Origin: an uncultured Acidimicrobiia bacterium
GTDB lineage: Bacteria; Actinomycetota; Acidimicrobiia; IMCC26256; JAENVU01
Assembly (NCBI GenBank): GCA_963770105.1
Contig: CAVYOL010000006.1
Span: 61,540 to 125,539 of the forward strand
Direction of reading: 5' to 3'
DNA: 64,000 bases
Shown: positions 34,379 through 43,132 of the stretch, piece after piece
Numbering within the stretch: the stretch's first letter is position 1
How the letters are laid out: each line of letters starts with the position of its first letter
Made by a program: the position numbers and the translations under genes
The notes under the pieces: generated by a model
Databases searched by the model: none
Told to the model about the DNA's origin: nothing
Seen by the model: the letters and a program-made list of their open reading frames with translations, nothing else

Positions 34379-35068
34379 GTGACGACGCTGACGGCGCTCG
34401 CGGGACGCGGCCAGGCCCTGCGCCTGCCGAAGGTCGACACCCGGCTCGTCGTCGGCCTGTTGCTCGTCGCGCTCTCGGTGCTCGGCGGACTGCGACTGGC
34501 CGCGACGTCGGACCAGACGGTTGCGGTCTACGCCGCCGCTCGCGACCTGCCGGCGGACCACGTTCTGACCGCTCGGGACTTCCGGGTCACGCGCGTCCAG
34601 GCGTCGGACGAGACCCTCGCGGGACTGCTCGTGGCGACCAAGGGGCACCCGCCGGTGCATCGCGTGCTGCGCTTCCCGCTCGCGGCGGGCGGTCTGGTCG
34701 CAGCGTCGACGCTCGGCGGGGTCGCCTCGCAGGGGCGGGAGATCACGGTGCCGATCGGCGCCGATCACGCACTCGGTGGTGCGCTCGAAGTCGGCGACCG
34801 CGTCGACATCCTCGCGAGCTTCGACAAGGGCACGGAGGCGGCGAAGACCCTCACGGTCGCGTCCCGTGCACAGGTGGTCGATGTCGTGCACGCAGACGGG
34901 CTGTTCGGGCAACGCGAGGGTGAGCTCACGGCGCTGACCGTCTCCGTCGCGCCGAACGACGTGGTCTTCGTCGCCTTCGCGGTTCGCAACGGTGATGTCG
35001 ATGTCGTCCGCGCCAATGGAACGGCGCATCCCGCGCGATCGCGCTTCGACGTCTCCGAGCTGCCGTGA
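34379..35068 (+). CDS. cpaB: Flp pilus assembly protein CpaB/RcpC (SAF domain)
   Basis: 229-aa ORF with an N-terminal TM (LVVGLLLVALSVLGG), then a SAF-like region (..ARDLPADHVLTARDF..) and a C-terminal beta domain. It is the first gene of the tad operon. Confidence 0.75.
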   Translation: MTTLTALAGRGQALRLPKVDTRLVVGLLLVALSVLGGLRLAATSDQTVAVYAAARDLPADHVLTARDFRVTRVQASDETLAGLLVATKGHPPVHRVLRFPLAAGGLVAASTLGGVASQGREITVPIGADHALGGALEVGDRVDILASFDKGTEAAKTLTVASRAQVVDVVHADGLFGQREGELTALTVSVAPNDVVFVAFAVRNGDVDVVRANGTAHPARSRFDVSELP

Positions 35069-36255
35069 CGCACGCGGTGCGTGTGGTCACCTGTGCCGGC
35101 GGAGCTCCGTGGGAAGCACCACTGGTGCGCGGCCTGCAACGTCGCGAGCTCGGCATCGAGCTGGTGCGGCGATGCGTGGACCACGGTGAGCTCCTCGGCG
35201 TGGCGTTGCGCGATCAACCGCGGGTCGCGGTCATCTCCGCCGAGCTGCCGTGGCTCGACCGTGATCTCGTGGGGACGCTGCACGATCACGGCGTGACGGT
35301 GGTCGCCGTCGGGACGGGTGGGGTCTCGCGTCCGCTCGATCGGATCGGCGTCGCCCACCGGCTTCCCCAGGATGCGAGCGCCGACGACCTGGCGGCGCTG
35401 CTGCACCGCATCGGGGGTGAGGACCTCTCCGCCGCCCGCCCGGCGTCGCCACCCGTCGATGCCATGACCCAAACCGTCCCGAATCGACTGATCGCAGTAT
35501 GGGGCGCGCCCGGAGCACCGGGTCGAACCACGGTTGCGACGCATCTCGCGGTCGAGGCGGCGCGATCGGGGCGTCCGGTGCTCCTCATCGACGGCGACGC
35601 GTGGTCGGCGTCGGTGGCCCAGCTCCTCGGCCTGGACGAGGCACCGTCGGTCGCCCAGGCCGCGCGGCTCGCCGGCGAGGGCTGGCGCCAACCGCTCGAC
35701 AGCTGCTTCCAGGCCGGCCCCGCGGGGTGCGCGGTGCTGGCCGGGCTGGCTCGCTCCGAGCTCTGGCCGGAGGTGCGCGAGCGGGCCTGGACCGCGGTCC
35801 TCGATGCCGCGCGCGACGCCCGGGCGCTCGTCATCGTCGATCTGGCGGCACCGATCGAAGAGGACGAGGAGCTGGCGTTCGATCGGGCTCCGTACCGCCG
35901 CAACCTCATGACGCTCGCGGCACTGGACGCGGCGGACGACGTGTTGCTCGTCGCCGCCGGTGACCCGGTCGGCATCCGACGCGGCATCGTCGCGCACCGG
36001 ACGCTCTCCGAGGCCCGTCCTGACGTCGTGGCGAAGGTCCGCGTGGTGTTGAACCGGATGCCCCGCGAGGCGCGACGGGCGCAGGACTGCTCGGCCCAGC
36101 TGTCGGAGTGGACCGGGCATGCACCCGTGGCGTTCCTCCCGTCCGAGCCGCAGCTCGAGCGCGCGGTCTGGGAGGGCCGGACCCTGCACACGATCGCGCC
36201 GAGGTCCCCGTGGCTCCGCGAGCTGCGCGCCCTGGTCCCCGCGGTGACGCCTTGA
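35065..36255 (+). CDS. tadZ: TadZ/CpaE-like ParA/MinD-family ATPase (Ssd-like) with N-terminal pseudo-receiver domain
   Basis: 396-aa ORF with a 4-nt overlap on cpaB. It has a deviant Walker A (VWGAPGAPGRTTVATHLA), then ..LLIDGD.. and ..VIVDLAAP... Confidence 0.75.
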   Translation: MTHAVRVVTCAGGAPWEAPLVRGLQRRELGIELVRRCVDHGELLGVALRDQPRVAVISAELPWLDRDLVGTLHDHGVTVVAVGTGGVSRPLDRIGVAHRLPQDASADDLAALLHRIGGEDLSAARPASPPVDAMTQTVPNRLIAVWGAPGAPGRTTVATHLAVEAARSGRPVLLIDGDAWSASVAQLLGLDEAPSVAQAARLAGEGWRQPLDSCFQAGPAGCAVLAGLARSELWPEVRERAWTAVLDAARDARALVIVDLAAPIEEDEELAFDRAPYRRNLMTLAALDAADDVLLVAAGDPVGIRRGIVAHRTLSEARPDVVAKVRVVLNRMPREARRAQDCSAQLSEWTGHAPVAFLPSEPQLERAVWEGRTLHTIAPRSPWLRELRALVPAVTP

Positions 36256-37482
36256 GCACGACCGCGGCTCCGGATCGCCGGGCGGTCGAGATCGTCGAGC
36301 GCGACGTGCGCGAGCTCCTCGCGCGCCGGGAGATCGCGATCGACCACGACCCGGGGCTCACGCGCCTCGTCGACGAGGTCGTCGTCGACTACCGGGATCG
36401 CTACCTCTCCGGTGGGCTCCCGCCCCTCACCGACGAGGACGTCGAGCTGCTGCACCACCGGATCGGCGGGTTCGGCGCGTTGACCCGGCTGCTCGAGGAT
36501 CCTGAGGTCGAGGAGATCTGGATCAACGAACCGGGCCGCGTCTTCGTGGCCCGGCGGGGCGAGCACGAGCTGACGACGGTGGTGTTGAGCCCCTCGGAGG
36601 TCGAGGAGCTGGTCGAGCGGATGCTGGCGCGCGGGTCGGCGCCTCGATCGGTCGCAGCCCTTCGTCGACGCCCGGCTGCCCGAAGGCAGCCGGCTCCACG
36701 TCGTCATCCCCCCGATCACCGACCACTGGGCGATCAACATCCGGAAGTTCGTCGGGCTCCGGGCCGAGTCGCTCGACGAGCTGGTGGCCCTCGGGTCGTG
36801 CTCGAGGCCGGCTGCGGCGTTCCTCGACGCGGCCGTGCGCGCCGGGCTCTCGATCGTCGTGGCCGGTGCGGTCGGCGCGGGGAAGACGACCCTGTTGAGC
36901 TGCCTGGCCTCGGCGATCCCGGCGCGCGAGCGGATCGTGACGTGCGAAGAGGTCTTCGAGCTGCGGATCGCGCGGCCCGACGTCGTTTCGATGCAGTGCC
37001 GGCAGACGAACCTCGAGGGCGAAGGCGCGGTGACCCTGCGGGATCTCGTGCGCGAGAGCCTCCGCATGCGGCCGGACCGCATCGTGGTCGGCGAGGTGCG
37101 CGGCGCGGAGACGCTGGACATGTTGCTCGCACTCAACAGCGGTGCCGCCGGGATGACCTCGGTCCACGCCAACTCCGCGCGCGAGGCCCTCAGGAAGCTG
37201 ACGACGCTCCCCCTGCTGGCCGGGGAGAACCTCGACCGACGGTTCGTCGCGGCGACGGTGGCCGCCTGCGTGGACCTGGTGGTGTTCTGCCGTCGGGCTG
37301 ACGGCGCGCGAGCGATCACCGAGATCCTCGCGGTCTCCTCGCAGGTCGGTGACGGGGACGAACCGACGACCGGAACCGTCTTCGAAGGTGCCGGCGAGAC
37401 GCTCCGTTGGACGGGGGAGATGCCCGGAGGACTCGAACGCTTCGCCGAACGGGGCATCGACCTGGTGACGGTGCTCCGGTGA
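36252..37482 (+). pseudogene. tadA: TadA/CpaF secretion ATPase, one +1 interruption near 36632
   Basis: The N-part is on ORF 36108.. (..EVEEIWINEPGRVFVARRGE..). The rest is on the frame of ORF 36784..37482 (RLPEGSRLHVVIPP, Walker A GAVGAGKTTLL, IVVGEVRG, TSVHANSA). The TTG start overlaps the tadZ stop. Confidence 0.88.
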
Positions 37483-38372
37483 ACGTCGTCCTGGCGCTGC
37501 TCCTCGGGCTCGGGGTGTTCCTCGTGTTCGACGCCTGCACGTCGCCGCCGGCCGAGCGCGCTCCCGTGCTGGAGCGGGTTCGAGAAGTGCTCGGCCGCTG
37601 GCTGGTGGCGGGCGGGTTGGGCAACGTCTCACCCGGCCAATTCGCGACGGCCTGCCTGGGCTCGGGCTTGGCGCTCGCGGCGGTCGTGATCGTCCTGATC
37701 GGGTCCACGACGGTGGCCCTCGTCGGCTTCTGCGCAGGGATCTACGCGCCGGTCGCGTACTACCGCACGCGCGGCAAGAGCGCGCGCCGAGCCCGCCAGC
37801 AGTGCTGGCCGGAGGCCATCGAGCTGCTCGCCGGCGCGGTGCGCGCGGGGGACACCCTGCCGACGGCGGTCGCCCTGGTGGCGGAACGGGGGCCGGCGCC
37901 GTTGCGAGCACCGTTTCGGGCCGTGGTCGCGGACCATCGGGTCTCCGGCGACTTCGTGGGCGCGCTGGAGCGGCTGGGCGCGGCGCTCGCCGAGCCGACC
38001 GCGGACCGGGTCGTCGCCACGCTCGTGATCGCGCACCGCGTCGGCGGCCGCGAGCTCGGTCAGGTGCTGCGAACGCTCGGCGGCTTCCTGCGCGAGGACC
38101 TCGCGGTGCGCAAGGAGATCGTCGCCCGTCAGTCCTGGACGCTGGTCGCGGCACGCGTGGCCGCAGCCGCGCCGTGGCTCGTGCTCGTGCTCGTCGCCAG
38201 CCGGCCTCAGGGCGCGCAGGCCTACGACTCCGTCACCGGGCTCGTCGTGCTCGCCGCGGGTGCCGCGGCCACGTTGCTCGGGTACCGGCTCATGGTCGCG
38301 ATCGGGCGGCTGCCCGAAGAGCCCCGGGTGCTCGTCAACCTCGACGCGCCGGTGCTCGAGCCGGCCCGATGA
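37479..38372 (+). CDS. tadB: TadB-like type II secretion system F-family membrane protein
   Basis: GTGA overlap with tadA. TM-cytoplasmic domain-TM architecture (..WPEAIELLAGAVRAGDTLPTAV..). Confidence 0.8.
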   Translation: MNVVLALLLGLGVFLVFDACTSPPAERAPVLERVREVLGRWLVAGGLGNVSPGQFATACLGSGLALAAVVIVLIGSTTVALVGFCAGIYAPVAYYRTRGKSARRARQQCWPEAIELLAGAVRAGDTLPTAVALVAERGPAPLRAPFRAVVADHRVSGDFVGALERLGAALAEPTADRVVATLVIAHRVGGRELGQVLRTLGGFLREDLAVRKEIVARQSWTLVAARVAAAAPWLVLVLVASRPQGAQAYDSVTGLVVLAAGAAATLLGYRLMVAIGRLPEEPRVLVNLDAPVLEPAR

Positions 38373-39307
38373 GCGTCCTGCGTGCGGTCTTCGTGGTCGG
38401 CATCGGCCTGGTGGGGGTCACGACGTTGATCAGCTGCCTGCCGCGCTTCCGCCGGCCGTCGCTCGTGCAGCGGCTCGCGCCGTACCTCGGCGCGCTCGGC
38501 CCGCGCCGCTCGCGCCTGCTCTCGATCGAAGGGACGCCACGACACGGGGTTGCGGGCGCCTTCCAGCCACTGCTCGAGGATCTGGGTGCACGGTTGCAAC
38601 GCCTGTTCGGTGACGACGGCCGCGACCTGCCGGCGCGCCTCGCGGCGGCGGGTTCGAAGCTCACGCCGTCGGGGTTCCGCGCCGAACAGGCGACCTGGGG
38701 GGTCGGGGGCTTCGTCGGAGGCGTCGTGCTGACCGTGGGCCTCACGGCCAGTGGCCGCACCATCTCCCCGGTTGCCGCGCTGCTGGTCGCGGTCGCGTTC
38801 GGGGCGATCGGGATCGTGGCCCGCGACCGTTCGTTGACGCGGGCGGTCGATGCTCGGCGTGAGCGGGCCCGATCGGAGTTCCCGACGGTGGTCGACATGG
38901 TGTGCCTGGCGGTCACCGCCGGAGAGAGCTTGCGGGGCGCGCTCGAGCTCGTGGCCACCGCCGGGAGCGGGCCGTTGGCGTCGGAGCTGCGGGCCGCGCT
39001 GCGGATCTCTCGCGGTGGCGCGCCGCTGGCCGAGGCGCTCGAAGCGCGGGCCAAGCTGCTCGGGCTCCCACCCTTCGATCGATTCGTCGGCGCGGTGGTG
39101 GCCGCGCAGGAGCGCGGGATGCCGCTCGGCGAGGCCTTGCGGGCGATGGCGTTCGACGTCCGCGAGTCGGAGAAGCGTGACGTGATCGAAGCCGCCGGAC
39201 GGAAGCAGGTGTCGATGCTGATACCCGTCGTCGGGCTCATCCTCCCGGTGGCGATCCTCTTCGCCTTCTATCCCGGAGTGGTCGCAATCAGGACGTTGGC
39301 ACGATGA
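38369..39307 (+). CDS. tadC: TadC-like type II secretion system F-family membrane protein
   Basis: ATGA overlap with tadB. Contains ..EFPTVVDMVCLAVTAGESLRGALE.. and ..MLIPVVGLILPVAILFAFYP... Confidence 0.8.
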   Translation: MSVLRAVFVVGIGLVGVTTLISCLPRFRRPSLVQRLAPYLGALGPRRSRLLSIEGTPRHGVAGAFQPLLEDLGARLQRLFGDDGRDLPARLAAAGSKLTPSGFRAEQATWGVGGFVGGVVLTVGLTASGRTISPVAALLVAVAFGAIGIVARDRSLTRAVDARRERARSEFPTVVDMVCLAVTAGESLRGALELVATAGSGPLASELRAALRISRGGAPLAEALEARAKLLGLPPFDRFVGAVVAAQERGMPLGEALRAMAFDVRESEKRDVIEAAGRKQVSMLIPVVGLILPVAILFAFYPGVVAIRTLAR

Positions 39308-39471
39308 AGGGAGCACGGATGCGAACCAGGTGCAACGGCGAGCGAGGATCGATCCCGGAGTGGGTGATGTTGCTCGTGATGGGCATCGGGATCGTCATGG
39401 CCCTCTGGGCGGTGGTGCAGCCCGATCTCACGGCCATCGTCACGGATGCGCTCGACAAGCTGCGCGGGTAG
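39304..39471 (+). CDS. Flp/DUF4244-like pilin candidate (50-55 aa)
   Basis: Too short for the ORF track. ATGA overlap with tadC, and an internal ATG at 39319 has the RBS AAGGGAG. The product ..NGERG-SIPEWVMLLVMGIGIVMALWAVVQPDLTAIVTDALDKLRG has a charged leader, a Gly, then a hydrophobic helix. Confidence 0.6.
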   Translation: MKGARMRTRCNGERGSIPEWVMLLVMGIGIVMALWAVVQPDLTAIVTDALDKLRG

Positions 39472-39853
39472 GTCGAGGTCCCGCGGGGCTGCGGGGTCGA
39501 CCATGATCGAGTTCCTGGCGGTGACGATCCTCACCGTGCTGTGCCTCCTTGCCGTTGCGCAGCTCGCGGTCTGGGTGTGGGCCCGGAACGTCGCGGTGAG
39601 CGCCGTGGCCGAGGGCGCGCGGACCGCGGCGGAGACCGGGCGACCGCTCGATGACGGCGTCGTGCGCACCCGGACCTTGCTGCACGACGGGCTCGGGGGG
39701 AGCGGCCGCGGCTTTGCCGTGGAAGCCGAGGAGCAGGATGGGACGGTCGCGGTCCGCGCCCGCGGCACGGCGCCGGTGATCCTCCCGTTTCTCCCGCACT
39801 TCGACATCCAGGCGCAGGCCACCGCGTTCGACGAGGACGAGGTGCTGCGGTGA
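39446..39853 (+). CDS. tadE: TadE-like pseudopilin
   Basis: 135-aa ORF with a leader ending ..RGAAG-STMIEFLAVTILTVLCLLAV (G/xxxxEF prepilin-type motif). Confidence 0.75.
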   Translation: MRSTSCAGRSRSRGAAGSTMIEFLAVTILTVLCLLAVAQLAVWVWARNVAVSAVAEGARTAAETGRPLDDGVVRTRTLLHDGLGGSGRGFAVEAEEQDGTVAVRARGTAPVILPFLPHFDIQAQATAFDEDEVLR

Positions 39854-40269
39854 ACGAGCGCGAGCGGGGGAGCTCGATCGTCGAGTTTGCGCTGCTCGGG
39901 AGCCTGATCTTCGGCGTGCTCGTCCAGACGATCGTGCTCTTCGGAGTGCTCCATCGGGCCACGCTGGCCACGAGCGCGGCGGCGCGTGAATACGGGCGGG
40001 CGATCGTGGTGGCCGACTCACCCGACCAGGCCGAGCAGCGCGGCGCGCTCGTGGTCGGGCAGGCGGCGCGCAACCACGGGCTCGCCGAGGGATCGCTGCA
40101 CGCCACCGTGGAGGGCCGCCGCGCTCGCGGTGAGCTGCTCCGGGTGCACGTGCGGACGGACGTGGCGGTGTTCCGCATCCCGTTCCTCGGCGACGTCTTC
40201 CCGTCGGTCTCGGTCCCCGTCGAGGCAACCCATGTCGTGCAGATCGACCGGTACCGCAGTGGATCATGA
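39850..40269 (+). CDS. TadE/TadF-like pseudopilin
   Basis: 139-aa ORF with GTGA overlap: MNERERG-SSIVEFALLGSLIFGVLV... Confidence 0.75.
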   Translation: MNERERGSSIVEFALLGSLIFGVLVQTIVLFGVLHRATLATSAAAREYGRAIVVADSPDQAEQRGALVVGQAARNHGLAEGSLHATVEGRRARGELLRVHVRTDVAVFRIPFLGDVFPSVSVPVEATHVVQIDRYRSGS

Positions 40270-40685
40270 CGAGCCGGTCCCCTGAGTCCGGCCAGGCCTC
40301 GGTCGTCATCGTCGGGGCGCTGGTGATCTGCCTCGCGTTCACTGGGCTGGCCGTCGACGGTGCGCGCCTGTTCACGGCCCGCCGCGACCTGCAGAACGTC
40401 GCCGACTCCGCCGCGCTCGCGGGCGCGTCCGCGGTCGACGAGGGCCAATTCCGGGCCACGGCCGGGAGCGAGGTCCGGCTGGACCCGACCGCGGCGCGGG
40501 TGGCGGCCGATCGCGTGTTGCGAGAGTCCGGTCTGCCGGCCACGACCCAGGTCGATGTGACGGTCGAACCGGACCGCGTCGTCGTGCACATCCGGCGACC
40601 GGTCGAGATGACGTTCCTGCGCATCGCGGGTCTGCGCACGGAGGACATCGGCGCGTCCGCGACCGCCGGTCCGCAGACCGGCTGA
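40266..40685 (+). CDS. TadG-/Rv3654c-family TadE-like protein
   Basis: 139-aa ORF with ATGA overlap: ..GQASVVIVGALVICLAFTGLAVDGARLFTARRDLQNVADSAALAGA.. matches the Tad_N-type N-terminus. Confidence 0.7.
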   Translation: MTSRSPESGQASVVIVGALVICLAFTGLAVDGARLFTARRDLQNVADSAALAGASAVDEGQFRATAGSEVRLDPTAARVAADRVLRESGLPATTQVDVTVEPDRVVVHIRRPVEMTFLRIAGLRTEDIGASATAGPQTG

Positions 40686-40732
40686 CGCGCGTGTCACGCG
40701 CGCGAACTGAGACGCGCGCTTTCGTGACGCTG

Positions 40733-40748
40733 AGAAGTTCCAACTTCT
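40733..40748. promoter_or_regulatory. perfect palindrome AGAAGTT-CC-AACTTCT (candidate operator)
   Basis: 7-bp arms and a 2-nt spacer in a locally AT-richer patch. It sits just upstream of weak sigma70-like hexamers (TAGCAA-N18-ACTAAT, 40751-40780). Confidence 0.35.
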
Positions 40749-40974
40749 CGTAGCAATCCGCGCGTAGTGCTGGTACTAATTCGAAGGCAACCTCCGGGCC
40801 GGGGCATGGAAGCCTCTGGGAGGGTGGCACGAACCGAGGGACGGCAACGCGCGGGCGTTCTCCGTCGTCGCGGGCCGGCACCCGGAGCGAACCGATCGAA
40901 CCTCGTCCGGCGTCCGTCGAAGGACCGGCGGACGTCGTTTGGGCCGACGCCGCGGTGGGCAACGTGTTCCCGCC

Positions 40975-41039
40975 CGACGCGAGTCGGACCAGCGACGCGA
41001 GTGGGCGACGCCCCGCCTACGACCAAGTCGCGACGCGAG
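40975..41039 (+). repeat. three direct copies of CGACGCGAG in the noncoding leader
   Basis: Copies at 40975-40983, 40993-41001 and 41031-41039. Confidence 0.4.
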
Positions 41040-41136
41040 CGTCGTGGGTCCCGGCCATGGATGGTCGGGGCTCACGACACCTTCTCGTGAAACGCAGTCG
41101 CTAACCTGCACCCGGGCGGACGCCGATCAGGTGTCC

Positions 41137-43065
41137 ATGGAGGCACCGGGGCGAACGATGGGCCGTCCGACGGCAAGCACGGGCACACGACCGACCGCGA
41201 TCGCGGTGGTCGTCGCGTTGCTCGCGGCGCTGTTCGTGATCGCGGCGCCGGCGGGTGCGGCGAGCGAGCAGCACGTCACGCTGCACGCGCTCGCGGTCGT
41301 CGAGGGCTCCGGGGGGAAGTCCTCCACGGGCACGACGAACGCGTTCACCGTCTCGTACGGCAACGACGGCGGCTCGGACTTCCGGGTCGGCTTCAGCGAG
41401 GACGAGGTCGCGGGCAGCGGCGAGCAGTGGCAGGCGGCGGGCTGGAACGCCGCGGCGGTCGCCACGCTGCTGAACGGCGCGCCACTCTCCGGCGTGCGGG
41501 TCGACTACGACATCAAGGGCCGGATCGACGGCCCGAGTGCCGGCGCGCTGATGACCGTCGGGCTCCTCTCGCTCATGCGCCGCGACAAGATCAAGCCCGG
41601 CATCACGATGACCGGCACGATCAACCCCGACGGCACCATCGGGCCGGTCGGCGGCATCCCCTACAAGGTGGACGGCGCCAAGCAGGCGCACGCCAAGACC
41701 ATGCTCATCCCGCTGGGCCAGCGCAACAGCGCGGACGACAGCGGCAAGCTGGTGGACTCCGTGGACATCGGCGACCAGAAGGGCGTGCACGTCAAGGAGG
41801 TCGGGGACATCTACGCGGCCTACAAGGCCTTCACCGGCAAGACGCTCCCGCGCCCGAAGGCGAGCTCGAACGTCACCCTCTCCGGCGCCGACTACCGCCA
41901 GATCAAGGCCAAGGTGAAGTCCCAGCTGGCGAACTTCCAGGCCTCCGCGGGTGAGTTCAACAGCCTCGCGCCGGCGATCCAGAACGACCTGCAGTCGATC
42001 ACCTCGAGCGCGAACGACTCGCACACCCAGGCCCAGAAGCTGACCGACGAGGGCCTCCAGGCCGGTGCGTACAACCAGGCGCTCGCGGCCGCCGCGTACG
42101 CGAACGCGGCGGTGAAGACCGGCCAGCTCCTCCAGGTGTACCTGACCCAGGGTGCGGGCGCGTTCGCGCAGCAGGTGAAGGCCAGCACCGCGATCGACGG
42201 GAAGATCGAGGCGCTCGTCGCCCAGCTCAAGGCGTTCAAGCCGAAGACGGTGAGCGACGCGTCGGACCTCGTGGACGCCTACAGCAAGACGATCGACGCG
42301 ATCAGCATCAGCACCTACGCGGGCAACCTGCTGGCCGCGGCCGGGGCCGAGACCAACCCGACCCAAGCGCTGACCAAGGCGATCCTGGGCGCGGTGTTCT
42401 ACGAGCTCGCGGGCACGCAGGTGCAGGGCACGAACGACGTCTTCGAGATCGGCAAGAAGGCCGGGGGCGCCAAGCTCGCGAAGGTGGACGTCGCGCCCGT
42501 CGCCGCGTTCTTCCGCAAGGCGGCCGAAGCCAACCTCAGCGCGTTCGACTCGCTGATCGTGGACCCGCAGGCCGAGCAGGCGGGTGTGAGTGCGGAGACC
42601 GCGCAGCAGGCGTTCTCGAGCAACGACTTCGACTACGCGCTGGCCCAGTCCTCACTCGGCGTGCTCAACGGCGGGCTCGACAAGTACCTCGGCAGCGCGA
42701 AGACCGCGAGCTACGCCAAACTCGGGGGCGCGGTCGCGCTGTACACGCGCACGGCGCAGCTGCTCTCGAAGTACTACTCACTCGGCGAGGTCAACAACGA
42801 CCTCGAGGTCACGGGCATCTCGAACGACCAGGCGATGCAGAGCGCGCTCGACCTCGGTCGGAGCCAGGTGCAGCGCGGGGCCGGGGTGCTGCGGTCCAAG
42901 AGGGTGTCGCCGGTGCTCGTCGTCGGCGCCTACGAGATCGCGGGGGTCGACGCCCAGGGTGGCCCGTCCGACAAGCTCGACGCGCTCGGTGAGTACCTCT
43001 CGGCGTTCGTGGGTTCCCGCGTCCTCGCCTACCTCGGCGGCTTCCCGACAACCGGCACCAAGTAG
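41137..43065 (+). CDS. secreted/anchored Lon-like S16 serine peptidase with ~430-aa alpha-helical C-terminal extension
   Basis: Signal/anchor AIAVVVALLAALFVIAAPAGAAS. Lon proteolytic domain DGPSAGALMTVGLLS...MTGTINPDGTIGPVGGIPYKVDGA (Ser-Lys dyad). The rest is Ala/Gln/Leu-rich with no motif recognised. Confidence 0.75.
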   Translation: MEAPGRTMGRPTASTGTRPTAIAVVVALLAALFVIAAPAGAASEQHVTLHALAVVEGSGGKSSTGTTNAFTVSYGNDGGSDFRVGFSEDEVAGSGEQWQAAGWNAAAVATLLNGAPLSGVRVDYDIKGRIDGPSAGALMTVGLLSLMRRDKIKPGITMTGTINPDGTIGPVGGIPYKVDGAKQAHAKTMLIPLGQRNSADDSGKLVDSVDIGDQKGVHVKEVGDIYAAYKAFTGKTLPRPKASSNVTLSGADYRQIKAKVKSQLANFQASAGEFNSLAPAIQNDLQSITSSANDSHTQAQKLTDEGLQAGAYNQALAAAAYANAAVKTGQLLQVYLTQGAGAFAQQVKASTAIDGKIEALVAQLKAFKPKTVSDASDLVDAYSKTIDAISISTYAGNLLAAAGAETNPTQALTKAILGAVFYELAGTQVQGTNDVFEIGKKAGGAKLAKVDVAPVAAFFRKAAEANLSAFDSLIVDPQAEQAGVSAETAQQAFSSNDFDYALAQSSLGVLNGGLDKYLGSAKTASYAKLGGAVALYTRTAQLLSKYYSLGEVNNDLEVTGISNDQAMQSALDLGRSQVQRGAGVLRSKRVSPVLVVGAYEIAGVDAQGGPSDKLDALGEYLSAFVGSRVLAYLGGFPTTGTK

Positions 43066-43072
43066 CCCTCTC

Positions 43073-43123
43073 CCGTTCTCGGCACGTTGAACCGCGCCTG
43101 GCGCGGCTGAGCGTGCCGAGAAC
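43073..43123. terminator. bidirectional terminator-like hairpin between convergent genes
   Basis: CGTTCTCGGCACG ... CGTGCCGAGAACG forms a perfect 13-bp stem, with an inner CCGCGC-CTG-GCGCGG stem. Confidence 0.55.
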
Positions 43124-43132
43124 GTTGGGGGG

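Noticed and set aside
40686-41136. Possible RNase P RNA, tmRNA, SRP RNA or 6S RNA in the long noncoding gap
   Set aside because: I could not find the universally conserved cores I remember: the GGAAAGUCCGGGC-type P4 region of RNase P, a tmRNA tag-ORF with a tRNA-like CCA end, or the SRP GGAA/AGCA loop. It is kept only as an unclassified leader candidate.
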